Part shown: piece by piece, positions 46,845 to 55,689 of the stretch
Layout: each line of letters begins with the position of its first letter
Position numbering within the stretch: the first letter of the stretch is position 1
DNA from: a virus
Direction: 5' to 3' (one strand)
DNA: 64,000 nucleotides
IMG/VR virus record: IMGVR_UViG_3300003310_000098
Coordinates: 28,717-92,716 of that record
Translations under genes and position numbers: made by a program
Notes under the pieces: model-generated
The model's input: the letters and a program-made list of their open reading frames with translations, nothing else
Databases searched by the model: none
Told to the model about the DNA's origin: nothing

Positions 46845-47672
46845 ATGGCATCATGCATAGGCAATAGTATGGGGTTTCACCGCCCTGAGTGGGGGTCTGA
46901 CGGGTTTACCCTTAATTTTCTTCCAAAACAAAAAAGTAGGTGGTTATTCCAAATACAAAACATAACTACGGGCGACGTTGGTTCTGGGCCTTTACCATGC
47001 GTAAAAGCATCAAGACCTAAGCTTAATTTCCGTGAAATGCAGGCAGAACATCTAAACGAAACGATATCTTTCCCAAGTAAACCCGAATGGCAACCTATTC
47101 AGCTTCTAATATATGACAGATGCATAAATCCATTTGAGCATCCAATCATGACTTGGCTTAAGCAACAGTATAATCCAAAGGGTTGCAGTGCATGGTATCC
47201 TTGCATTGATCCCTTGTCTTATAAAACATGTGCTAGATTGATTTTGCTGGATGGCTGTAGTAATATGTTAGAGGAATGGTGTATCGAACATTGCTACCCG
47301 CAATCTGTTGATTTTGGTGAACTTGATATGCAATCTATGGATATTGTGACTGCGGACGTGGTATTGAAATATGACCGAGCTTATCAAACGTTTCCAGCAA
47401 CACCACATCCTCTATATACTTCGGATCGCACACCATGCTTATCATGTACCGATCCAACTTGTGACCAAGGAACTACAGGTGGTGGTGGTGGTGGTGGTGG
47501 TGGTGGTGTAGATACAGATTTTGATGGTAGTGGTGGAGATTTTGGGGGTGAATCACCTTCTGAAAATCCTGGTGCCCAAAGTGGCGGTGCAAATAGTTTC
47601 CCCCCTGGCCCTGGTGGAGTACAGACCAATCCTGGTTTCGCTCCTCGTACACCTGATTTTATTATGATTTAA
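46845..47672 (+). CDS. Tail tube protein paralogue with Gly-rich tail
   Basis: RPKLNF, KPEWQPI, YPQSVDFGELD, LKYDRA. Confidence 0.85.
   Translation: MASCIGNSMGFHRPEWGSDGFTLNFLPKQKSRWLFQIQNITTGDVGSGPLPCVKASRPKLNFREMQAEHLNETISFPSKPEWQPIQLLIYDRCINPFEHPIMTWLKQQYNPKGCSAWYPCIDPLSYKTCARLILLDGCSNMLEEWCIEHCYPQSVDFGELDMQSMDIVTADVVLKYDRAYQTFPATPHPLYTSDRTPCLSCTDPTCDQGTTGGGGGGGGGGVDTDFDGSGGDFGGESPSENPGAQSGGANSFPPGPGGVQTNPGFAPRTPDFIMI
47478..47507 (+). repeat. (GGT)10 coding microsatellite
   Basis: Ten perfect GGT codons. Confidence 0.9.
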
Positions 47673-47905
47673 TCTTCTTCGAAAAGATTAGGGAAGAGAG
47701 TTTTACACTCTTCTATTACATCTTCTAGTTTTTTAGTTTTCCACTTTAAAACTCGACAAGCACCGCTTTTATTGAGTCTTCCTTTTTTAGTATAAACCTT
47801 TGATTCATTCATTAGTAGTGCGTCTATTATCTCACCATAACCTTTGTCGATTAAAATCTGAATTACTTCTTGTCTTTCTATTTCCTCAAGTGAATTTCTA
47901 ACCAT
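47669..47905 (-). CDS. Small HTH-like protein
   Basis: GRLNKSGACRVL. Confidence 0.7.
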   Translation of the reverse strand: MVRNSLEEIERQEVIQILIDKGYGEIIDALLMNESKVYTKKGRLNKSGACRVLKWKTKKLEDVIEECKTLFPNLFEED

Positions 47906-47934
47906 AAAACCCCCTATTTTAGAATTATTATATA

Positions 47935-48465
47935 TTAAGACTGATGCTTTGCAACATAATTATTTGGTTTGTGGTGTTTTAGTAGGACTTTTTCGACTTG
48001 ACTTTGTAGGAAATCTTGATATTTCTTCTTCAGTTCATTGTAATTGCGGGCGGTGCGATAGAGTTGACGATAGTGATTTAAAATACAGGTGGTCATATAA
48101 TTAAAGGCTTTACCTTTACGGGGGTCGAAACGATCTATTTTCTCAAAACAAATCATTACTCCCTCTTGAATTGCGTCATCCATATCAATCAAATTGAACT
48201 TGGCATAACGCACTATATTCTCTGACAAGGTTAAAAAAGCGACGGCTAATTGCGTCTGTGAATCATGATATGATTGCTTGGCTACGGCGTATAACTCAAC
48301 TAAATTTTTCAATTTTAGATGGAGTTCAGCGTTCTTATTTCCTCGTTTCTTTGAAGTTTCTAAGTCCTCAATACATATTTCGTACTTACTCTTCTCTTTT
48401 TTAGATTGCTGAAACCTATTAATGACTTCTTCAAATATTCTGTTATTCAGATATTCTGTACTCAA
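47935..48465 (-). CDS. Late sigma factor (T4 gp55-like)
   Basis: YLNN, DAIQEGV..C...DRFDP..GKAFNY.T; TTG start after GGAG. Confidence 0.82.
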   Translation of the reverse strand: MSTEYLNNRIFEEVINRFQQSKKEKSKYEICIEDLETSKKRGNKNAELHLKLKNLVELYAVAKQSYHDSQTQLAVAFLTLSENIVRYAKFNLIDMDDAIQEGVMICFEKIDRFDPRKGKAFNYMTTCILNHYRQLYRTARNYNELKKKYQDFLQSQVEKVLLKHHKPNNYVAKHQS

Positions 48466-48506
48466 AAATCTCCAAGCCTATGCTCCCGCATAGAAGAAAA
48501 TAAAGC

Positions 48507-49376
48507 CTATCTATCTATGTCATCATTCAAAATTTCTTTCTTCCATTCAGCAATTCTTTCTAGTGCTTCCAACTTCGCTTGTTCAAACCATTCTTGAGCC
48601 TTTGAAAAATAATTAGGACTGTATAATTTGCCAGAGGTGTAGCTCCTTATATGATCCATATTATCATCTACTTGGCGGCTAAAATTTTCTTCATGGCCTA
48701 TCAAATGTGGTTTAATTTTGTTATATCTGAGAATATAATTGCCTAATATTTCTGTGTCAGGCCAATTAGGTCGTAAAGGACTAGGCTTATAATCTCTGAT
48801 ATCATACATGTTGCAAAGTCTTCTAAGACTCCAGCCAAAACCAATTTTATCCATCACTGGCATATGGTAAATCGTTGCTGTGTGAGATACCATGCCCTTC
48901 CAATCATTATGCGCACGCTCAGACATTTCATAGCCAACTACAGGCGAAACTGTAGTTGCTAAATTCATTATTTCCTTTATAAATGTTCGTTTTCTCAAGA
49001 AACAGTCGGCGTGAGTTGCAAAAATGAAATCAGTTCTACATACCGCAAATGCTAAATCCATAGCCATAGCTGGAAAGTCTGAAGGATGTTGTACCCCATT
49101 TAGTTGTAAAAAATGCACCTCCAGATCATCAGCTTGTAAACTTCTCATTTTTTCAAGCTGTCTTCCACGGCTTCCAGTATCAATAATCATGATATAAGGA
49201 CGCTCAGTCTGGAGTCTCAACAATTCAATACATATTTCTAAGGTTTCATAAGTATCCATCGCTGGTATTGCGGCAGTTACTTTATAGTCCCAAGGTTTCT
49301 TTGGTGAATTGCCCTCCCACGGTGCAGTGGTTGTATTGACTCCAAAACCTCTTAACGGTGCTATGTCTTCTTTCAT
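48507..49376 (-). CDS. Glycosyltransferase family 2
   Basis: IIDTGS, HADC (DxD-like), DTE. Confidence 0.8.
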   Translation of the reverse strand: MKEDIAPLRGFGVNTTTAPWEGNSPKKPWDYKVTAAIPAMDTYETLEICIELLRLQTERPYIMIIDTGSRGRQLEKMRSLQADDLEVHFLQLNGVQHPSDFPAMAMDLAFAVCRTDFIFATHADCFLRKRTFIKEIMNLATTVSPVVGYEMSERAHNDWKGMVSHTATIYHMPVMDKIGFGWSLRRLCNMYDIRDYKPSPLRPNWPDTEILGNYILRYNKIKPHLIGHEENFSRQVDDNMDHIRSYTSGKLYSPNYFSKAQEWFEQAKLEALERIAEWKKEILNDDIDR

Positions 49377-49396
49377 TTATTTTACTCACTTATATT

Positions 49397-49582
49397 ATGC
49401 AGCTAATAGAAGCCTTGTATAAAATAGTAGAAAATCCTACTTCTTCGCAGAATTATAAAAACATAAAGCAATATTTTCAAGAAAAAGGTCTTGAAAATAT
49501 TGCTGCGGCATTTGATTACTTAATAGAAACTAGATATGGAAGCAATAACAGTAATAGTGCTGAACAAGAACGACAAAATTGA
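49397..49582 (+). CDS. Hypothetical protein
   Basis: Short ORF coupled to next gene. Confidence 0.6.
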   Translation: MQLIEALYKIVENPTSSQNYKNIKQYFQEKGLENIAAAFDYLIETRYGSNNSNSAEQERQN

Positions 49583-50462
49583 AAACACAATTCAATCAGT
49601 TCTTAATCTAAGCCCAAAACAGATTTTAATTGGAACTTATACCCCTATCAAGCTTAAATGGGAAGTGGTAGAGTTGCAAAATAACAACAATTATAGTGCA
49701 GATTTAAACAAACTGGCAGAACTTGCCAAGTACGACTGGATTTTTTATATAAAAGATAATGAGATGGTGTTACAAGCGGATGACCTATCATGCTTGGACA
49801 GCAATGCGGTTTATGGAGTCCAGATTTTGCAAGATGATATCATCATCAAAGAGCCAAGATTATGGAATAAGAAAAGTAAAATAAACTTTAAAAATCCAGT
49901 TTTCGAGAAGCTTAATGCAAGGCCAAGCAAGTTTTTGGATATAATTCTTTATCAAGATAAAACTAATGACGAGAAAGCAATCAAAATATTGGAATCTTGG
50001 AAAAGGTCAAGTCCTTTAGCATTGGACCCGTACTATTATAAGGCTTTTTGTGCTTTGGGCACCAAGAATTTCAAAGAATTTAAATCTCTAATCACGCACT
50101 ATTTATTTAATTCTAAAATTAATGATGTGTCTTCTGTAATTGCCAGGTATTATCTGGCACTAGTTCAAGGGCTTGTAGACAAGGAAACGGATAAATCAAT
50201 CAGTAATTTGGTTCTTTGTCTTGCTGAGAACCCTTTAATGGCTGAGTTCTGGTGTTTGCTTGGGGATATATTCACTCAGACTCAAAACTTTGAAAAAGCA
50301 ATATTTTTCTATCAAAATGCTATTTTGTTGGGTAGCAGAAGACTGAAATTAGACGAATGGCCTATGCATATTTCAAAATATCATGATTATCCTAAAGAAA
50401 TGATTGAAAAATGCACCAAATTAACAAATAATTTAAAGCAATACACAATTAAGCCTGACTAA
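49536..50462 (+). CDS. Degenerate GT2 + TPR protein
   Basis: DWIFYIKDNE, PRLW, NPVFE; TPR AEFWCLLGD. Confidence 0.75.
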   Translation: MEAITVIVLNKNDKIENTIQSVLNLSPKQILIGTYTPIKLKWEVVELQNNNNYSADLNKLAELAKYDWIFYIKDNEMVLQADDLSCLDSNAVYGVQILQDDIIIKEPRLWNKKSKINFKNPVFEKLNARPSKFLDIILYQDKTNDEKAIKILESWKRSSPLALDPYYYKAFCALGTKNFKEFKSLITHYLFNSKINDVSSVIARYYLALVQGLVDKETDKSISNLVLCLAENPLMAEFWCLLGDIFTQTQNFEKAIFFYQNAILLGSRRLKLDEWPMHISKYHDYPKEMIEKCTKLTNNLKQYTIKPD

Positions 50463-50829
50463 AATCTAGTTCATTCACAATAACAGTAACCTGATCTTCC
50501 CATCTTGCTACCGCTATAGACTTGGAACCAGGAGATAGTTCTTTTAACTTATTCTCCAATTGTTCAATATTGCAATTAATAACTGACCAATTGTTTTTAA
50601 CAAGAGGCGGTAGGTCGATATCTGGATTTACCACCTCTTGATTTGGATAACGGTCTTTCAATTGTGATGCAGCGTACTTCAATATGTTCCTGTAAATTGG
50701 TAAATTGCAGGGACAATTTGGGTTTTTTTCGTATTTAATTATATCTTCATTTAACTCAGGAGGAAGACTTCTTCTAAAATTGGTGTCTTTCAAAGCCTCC
50801 TGTACTTCTTTTATTGATATCTTGTTCAT
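50449..50829 (-). CDS. Hypothetical protein
   Basis: NPNCPCN motif. Confidence 0.7.
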   Translation of the reverse strand: MNKISIKEVQEALKDTNFRRSLPPELNEDIIKYEKNPNCPCNLPIYRNILKYAASQLKDRYPNQEVVNPDIDLPPLVKNNWSVINCNIEQLENKLKELSPGSKSIAVARWEDQVTVIVNELDFSQA

Positions 50830-51073
50830 TATTATTTTTGGTTTCAATTTCTTTTTCCTTCATTTTTCTTGCTGAAAGTAGCCGCCCGCATTGAGGGCAT
50901 TTGTATTTCTTGGGCAAGTTAATCATTTTCCCAGGAGTTAGCTTGCCAGTCATCTCATCAATCTTTGGCAAACTACCTTGTATCGCACTTCTTTTATATT
51001 CAACCAATTTTATATTTGAATCACTTGAGTATAAATTAAACCCACATATTTCACAATTCAATCTGTAATACAT
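50774..51073 (-). CDS. Zn-ribbon protein
   Basis: CEICG, CPQCG. Confidence 0.7.
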   Translation of the reverse strand: MYYRLNCEICGFNLYSSDSNIKLVEYKRSAIQGSLPKIDEMTGKLTPGKMINLPKKYKCPQCGRLLSARKMKEKEIETKNNNEQDINKRSTGGFERHQF

Positions 51074-51387
51074 TATTTCCTTTCTTCAGGTGGCATATTT
51101 ATGAATGTTGAGGCTTCTAAATAATTCATAAATATCGCCATAAAATTGGCCAATACACTAGAAGCAAAACCCCCTGCCAATATTTGCCACCAAGTTGCAG
51201 CAGGAAATGCTGCCCAACAACAGAACAAACCGCACCAAAATCCAGAACATTGATAGCAATGAATTAGTTTTGCAATTTTTTCAGGCAAATACCTATCGAA
51301 CCATTCCCTGACAGGAGACATAATGCTACTGTCCACTACGATGTGGGTTAAACCGACTGCCCCGAAAATAAACAAAATAATTTCCAT
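51073..51387 (-). CDS. Membrane protein, DUF1360-like
   Basis: LIHCYQCSGFW between TM segments. Confidence 0.7.
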   Translation of the reverse strand: MEIILFIFGAVGLTHIVVDSSIMSPVREWFDRYLPEKIAKLIHCYQCSGFWCGLFCCWAAFPAATWWQILAGGFASSVLANFMAIFMNYLEASTFINMPPEERK

Positions 51388-51399
51388 AAAACCCCAAAA

Positions 51400-51768
51400 T
51401 TAACGAATAAAAGTAATAGATAACTTATCTGCATTTCTGCTGATTGCGATATTTTTATAACCATTACATTCAGCTAGAACATTTTCGACGGAATCCATTA
51501 TAGGCAAATCTAAATTTTTGACAAGACGATGTTGCACCTTTTCGATAAAAACTACATTTTTAAATAATTTGGCTAATTTTTCTATATGAGTGCCATCGAG
51601 AATGTTGAGTAGATCAATCAGTGATTGCTTCCTCATGCGTGTGAGGGCTGGTAAACGGTAACTTAACAACCACTGGTCAAATATATATCTTAAATCTGAC
51701 AAAATTATTTTGACTTCAGGATTTTTGAATAATATTGTTTCTATGTTTTGCAGATTTATTACTATCAT
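51400..51768 (-). CDS. Hypothetical protein
   Basis: ORF preceded by TATAAT. Confidence 0.7.
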   Translation of the reverse strand: MIVINLQNIETILFKNPEVKIILSDLRYIFDQWLLSYRLPALTRMRKQSLIDLLNILDGTHIEKLAKLFKNVVFIEKVQHRLVKNLDLPIMDSVENVLAECNGYKNIAISRNADKLSITFIR

Positions 51769-51798
51769 ACTAGCTTATTATAGTTAAAAGGAGATTTT

Positions 51799-52884
51799 AT
51801 GACAGACCTAAACAAAGGCGGTGATTCACCAATTCAATTTAAAGGAAAAACACCTCCTCAGTTTTTCCAAGCCTTAAAAGAGTTAAAACAAGAAAAAAAA
51901 GATGCAGATATTACGGCAGGCAAAGACCCATACGCAGATTTGAAAACAGAAACATCATCTGCACCACCTGCTGAGACGCCTGCGCCTGCCGCTGCACCAG
52001 TGAAAAAGCCACAACAATATGTGCCGAAGGCCCCACATCAAACGAAGGCGCGTGTAACTGGAAGTAGCGAATTAGAGGGTTTGATTGCGGACCTTGTAGA
52101 ACGTGGTGTTGCATATGACGAAATCACACTTCCATCCAAAGGTGTTTTCTATGATGGTGCTGATGGACCAACCAATGGCATCTTACATATTAGGTCTATG
52201 ACAGGCGAAGAGGAACAAATCTTGTCTACTCCAAGATATGTTAAGAAAGGCACCGCAATCAACATGATATTCCAAAGATGTATCAAGGAGCCTATCAAAG
52301 CTGACTCACTTTTAACAGTAGATAGAACATACCTTCTGATTTGGTTGAGAGGTATATCTTATGGCCATCTATATGAAGTTGAGATTAAATGTCCTGAATG
52401 TGATAAAAAATTCAGTCATAGCATTAATTTAAGCGAATTGCTAGTTAATTATTGCCCTGCTGATTTTGCACCACCTTTGACTGATGTGTTGCCTAAGTCT
52501 GGTTACAGATTTACTTGGCAACTACCAAGAGGCATGGATGAAAACAAAGTACAAGATTACCGAGACAGAAGACTTAAGGAGTATGGAGACGCAGCTACAG
52601 ACGACAGTTTGTTGTATAGAATGTCGTTGATGTTGAATGAAATTGAAGGCGTTAAAGATAAGACAGAGTTGATGTTCCTTTTGAAGAAACTACCTATTCA
52701 GGACGTTTCTTATCTAAGGAGTATAGCTCTTGATCCACCATTTGGCGTTGATACAAAGTGCCAAATCACTTGTGCATCATGTTATCATGATTTTGAAGTT
52801 GATTTGCCATTGGAGGCAGGTTTTTTCTTCCCACGGCACAAACGGAAGAAGGAGGAAACCCCCTCGAATTCTGGAAATACTTAA
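51799..52884 (+). CDS. Baseplate hub / tail assembly chaperone (T4 gp26/gp51-like)
   Basis: LPSKG, MTGEEE, DRTYLLIWLRGISYG, CPEC, CASC, ends near GFFFP. Confidence 0.82.
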   Translation: MTDLNKGGDSPIQFKGKTPPQFFQALKELKQEKKDADITAGKDPYADLKTETSSAPPAETPAPAAAPVKKPQQYVPKAPHQTKARVTGSSELEGLIADLVERGVAYDEITLPSKGVFYDGADGPTNGILHIRSMTGEEEQILSTPRYVKKGTAINMIFQRCIKEPIKADSLLTVDRTYLLIWLRGISYGHLYEVEIKCPECDKKFSHSINLSELLVNYCPADFAPPLTDVLPKSGYRFTWQLPRGMDENKVQDYRDRRLKEYGDAATDDSLLYRMSLMLNEIEGVKDKTELMFLLKKLPIQDVSYLRSIALDPPFGVDTKCQITCASCYHDFEVDLPLEAGFFFPRHKRKKEETPSNSGNT

Positions 52885-53039
52885 TGGATGAGCAATTCTT
52901 TTTCTTGTATCATCTAAATACTTCCAGAACAGATTTTTTAAAGTATCCGATTAATGAGCGTAAATATTTGATAGCAAAGTTCATTGAACAGAAAGAAAAA
53001 GAACATGAGTACATGGAAAATGCAAAAAAGAAAAGATAG
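52884..53039 (+). CDS. Small chaperone-associated ORF (51 aa), -1 frame of upstream gene
   Basis: MDEQFFFLYHL...PINERKYLI; frame open back to T TTT TTC at 52821. Confidence 0.75.
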   Translation: MDEQFFFLYHLNTSRTDFLKYPINERKYLIAKFIEQKEKEHEYMENAKKKR

Positions 53040-53154
53040 TTTTAGGAATTACTGGTTGCAGAAAAGTGAAAAAAGGCAGGAAGAAAAAGACTGGCTTATT
53101 AAACTAGATAAAGTGGCTAAAGCAGTCACTCAATACATCAGGAGTAGTAATTAA
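53020..53154 (+). CDS. Small protein (44 aa, FRNYWLQK motif)
   Basis: Fills gap, TAATG-coupled to next gene. Confidence 0.5.
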   Translation: MQKRKDSFRNYWLQKSEKRQEEKDWLIKLDKVAKAVTQYIRSSN

Positions 53155-53900
53155 TGGGTGTAATTAAAGATCGTTATCAAAATCCTGTAATCGGTGACAC
53201 AGTAATTCTAAAACTGTTTGTATTGAATTCAAACATGAGTGCTGAAGTTACAGCGATCAATAATGTAAGAATATATTATCTAGATCGGTCTGCAATAACA
53301 GTGTTGAATCCAGATGGCAGGGTATTAATGCAAACAATACCAGGAGGGACTGTAACCAATCCTGCTCAGGGTGAATATAACTTGAGTTTATATCTTGATC
53401 CGCTTATTTACACTAATGTTGGACGTTATATTGATGAGTGGGAAGTTGTATTTAATCCTGGTGACACTCCCGCCACTTTAGATCATCTTTTCCAAGTATA
53501 TCCAGATTTGTGGTTTACCACCCCAATACCAATTGTTTATGATTTTCAGTTTTACTTCCAACCAAACAAGGTTAGACAAGGGAGCAAAAAGTTTATTGAA
53601 ATCGAAATAATTCCGAATGTGCCGCGTGCAACCGACTTGCAAGCATATTATGAAAACCTGGCAATCTCCGCACAACTATATGTTTATATAGAACAACATT
53701 GCGGAGACTGTCTGCCTTGTGAACAAGACTTAAGAATGGTTGTTGATGGACAACCAGCACAATATAGAGAGAAAAATAGAGGCTATTACTTCTTAGACAC
53801 TGCTGATTTTGACTGTGGTATTTATGATATTTGGTTTAAATTAGATTTCGGCGGCAGCGTTTATGTAGGAGACAAGAATCAGTTACAAATTTATTCCTAG
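53154..53900 (+). CDS. Putative virion structural protein (two Ig-like domains)
   Basis: GRYIDEW and GIYDIW beta-sandwich motifs. Confidence 0.7.
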   Translation: MGVIKDRYQNPVIGDTVILKLFVLNSNMSAEVTAINNVRIYYLDRSAITVLNPDGRVLMQTIPGGTVTNPAQGEYNLSLYLDPLIYTNVGRYIDEWEVVFNPGDTPATLDHLFQVYPDLWFTTPIPIVYDFQFYFQPNKVRQGSKKFIEIEIIPNVPRATDLQAYYENLAISAQLYVYIEQHCGDCLPCEQDLRMVVDGQPAQYREKNRGYYFLDTADFDCGIYDIWFKLDFGGSVYVGDKNQLQIYS

Positions 53901-53908
53901 AGGATAAA

Positions 53909-54331
53909 ATGAATAAAAATACTAAAAAGCCGCCACAAGATATAATGTTTTCTGCTCATCCAGTAACATTACCGTCTGCTACCGTGCCAAGAAAATCTCG
54001 CTGGACCTTAACCAATGAAGATCATCCAAATATTCTTTGGTGGATGAAGTCCTTGAAGAACGATTACCTGAACAAAAAGAACCTCATAGAAGTCTATGAT
54101 GACTCAAAGGGGGATGTGTTCAACTGGTTACAGGATTTGATAGCAAATCCAAAATCGCACAAACCACTAGTCCTTACCCACTATGACACTGCTGGGGAAA
54201 TAATAGCTTCTTTGAAGTTTTCAGATTTAAAAATCACTGAGCATTCTACAGACTATGATTATGGTGCGAGCAGTGTGCTACTGCACAAAATAACAGTAAC
54301 GTACCAAAAACTCGAACGTCAAAATGCTTAA
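53909..54331 (+). CDS. Highly diverged tail-tube-like protein
   Basis: RKSRW, IEVYD, V.NW, YD..GE, DYDY...ITVTY. Confidence 0.55.
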   Translation: MNKNTKKPPQDIMFSAHPVTLPSATVPRKSRWTLTNEDHPNILWWMKSLKNDYLNKKNLIEVYDDSKGDVFNWLQDLIANPKSHKPLVLTHYDTAGEIIASLKFSDLKITEHSTDYDYGASSVLLHKITVTYQKLERQNA

Positions 54332-54334
54332 ACT

Positions 54335-54421
54335 CACTTTACATCGACTGAATTCGTAGTAGACTGAACCTAGTGGCGTCAAAATCCACTTTACATCGGC
54401 TGAATTCGTAGTAGACTGAAC
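54335..54421 (+). promoter_or_regulatory. Tandemly duplicated sigma70-type promoter (2 x 35 bp)
   Basis: CACTTTACATCGRCTGAATTCGTAGTAGACTGAAC at 54335 and 54387; TTTACA-N16-TAGACT. Confidence 0.7.
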
Positions 54422-54453
54422 AGCAGACACCTTTTTAAATGGAGGAATAGTTT

Positions 54454-55683
54454 ATGTCTAAGCGAAGCAGACAGCGTAAGGCCCGCCAGATTGCGGCAGC
54501 AAAAGCGGCAGAACGCAGAGAGCAGGTTGCTCTCCGTGAAGATGCGGTTTTTGGAGAAGAAACCGAACAGACCATTGGGCAACGTGTACGTCAGCTTTAT
54601 GACAGCAAGAAGTTGCCCGTTCTGAACGGTGAAGACACTTCTCTTGAAGCCCTTGTTGCGGCACCCATCAAGCAAATGCCCATGCCGCAAATCACTCCGA
54701 CTTTGCAAGCGGCACCTTGGCCCAAGGATTGGCCTGAATGCCCAACTAATTGCGACCTCATGGAGTGGCGGCGGGCGCAGGAAAACCGCGATCATTATCT
54801 TCTATGCAAGATGAATGACAGCGAAAACAAGCCCTGGTTCCAGTTCCCCAGATTTCCATATCAGTATTCGGAATTCGTCCATATCACTCCAGATATGGCC
54901 GAAGAACTCTTGAAGTTCAACCCCGTCAATCGCAAAGTCAAGTCGTCCTGGGTTGAGGCATTGCGTCGTGACATTCTCAACCATCGGTGGTTGCAAACTC
55001 ACGAATCCATTGCCATCAACAAGCTCGGCAACATGCATGATGGGCAGCATCGTGCCCATGCCGTCATCAAGGCAGGTGTGGGTTGGCCGATCTACTGCAC
55101 CTGGAATGTACCGCCTGAAGCGATCTACGCAACGGACAGCGGCGACAAGCGACCCGTCAACGAAAAGTTGGGATTTTTGTTCCCTGACTTGCGCATGACG
55201 CACAAGACCGCAGCACTCTGCCGTAGCATGATGGCTGGTTTGGCTAACCGTGGCACACGCTACACTGAAACCGAAATCGCTGGGTTTATGATCCAGCATA
55301 AATTGGTTTTAGAATGGCTGACTTCCAACCTGCACAATTACCGTGCTGACCTCCAAGCGGTTGTTGGCAAGGCATTGCTGTGGTGGGGTGAACCAGTCAT
55401 CGGGCCATTCGTGGAACGGTTGCGAACCGTTTTGTTCACCAGCGAAGGCGACCCTGCACGCTCTCTGTATCACTGGATTCAGAATGCGAAGCAGAAGGGA
55501 CGTAAGGACTCCTACGCCAATCCAGTCACCTATTACAAGAAGACTCTCGCAGCGATTCACGCGCACGCTGCGGGTAAGGAAGCAAAGCGCATCATCGCCA
55601 AAGAGCAAGACATTTTCGAATGGCTCTCTGGTTGGAAGGTGCCCGAAAACGCTCCCTGTGCAGGCAAAGTCTTCAAGGAATAA
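54454..55683 (+). CDS. ParB/Srx-like DGQHR-motif protein
   Basis: ITPDMAEELL..N..NR, DGQHR; GGAGG RBS. Confidence 0.82.
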   Translation: MSKRSRQRKARQIAAAKAAERREQVALREDAVFGEETEQTIGQRVRQLYDSKKLPVLNGEDTSLEALVAAPIKQMPMPQITPTLQAAPWPKDWPECPTNCDLMEWRRAQENRDHYLLCKMNDSENKPWFQFPRFPYQYSEFVHITPDMAEELLKFNPVNRKVKSSWVEALRRDILNHRWLQTHESIAINKLGNMHDGQHRAHAVIKAGVGWPIYCTWNVPPEAIYATDSGDKRPVNEKLGFLFPDLRMTHKTAALCRSMMAGLANRGTRYTETEIAGFMIQHKLVLEWLTSNLHNYRADLQAVVGKALLWWGEPVIGPFVERLRTVLFTSEGDPARSLYHWIQNAKQKGRKDSYANPVTYYKKTLAAIHAHAAGKEAKRIIAKEQDIFEWLSGWKVPENAPCAGKVFKE

Positions 55684-55689
55684 AACCTT

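Noticed and set aside
47604..47672. PGF-CTERM archaeosortase signal
   Set aside because: PGF is not followed by a transmembrane helix and basic tail
54335..54421. Mini CRISPR array
   Set aside because: Only two repeats, a 17-nt spacer, no cas genes; the repeat reads as a -35/-10 promoter
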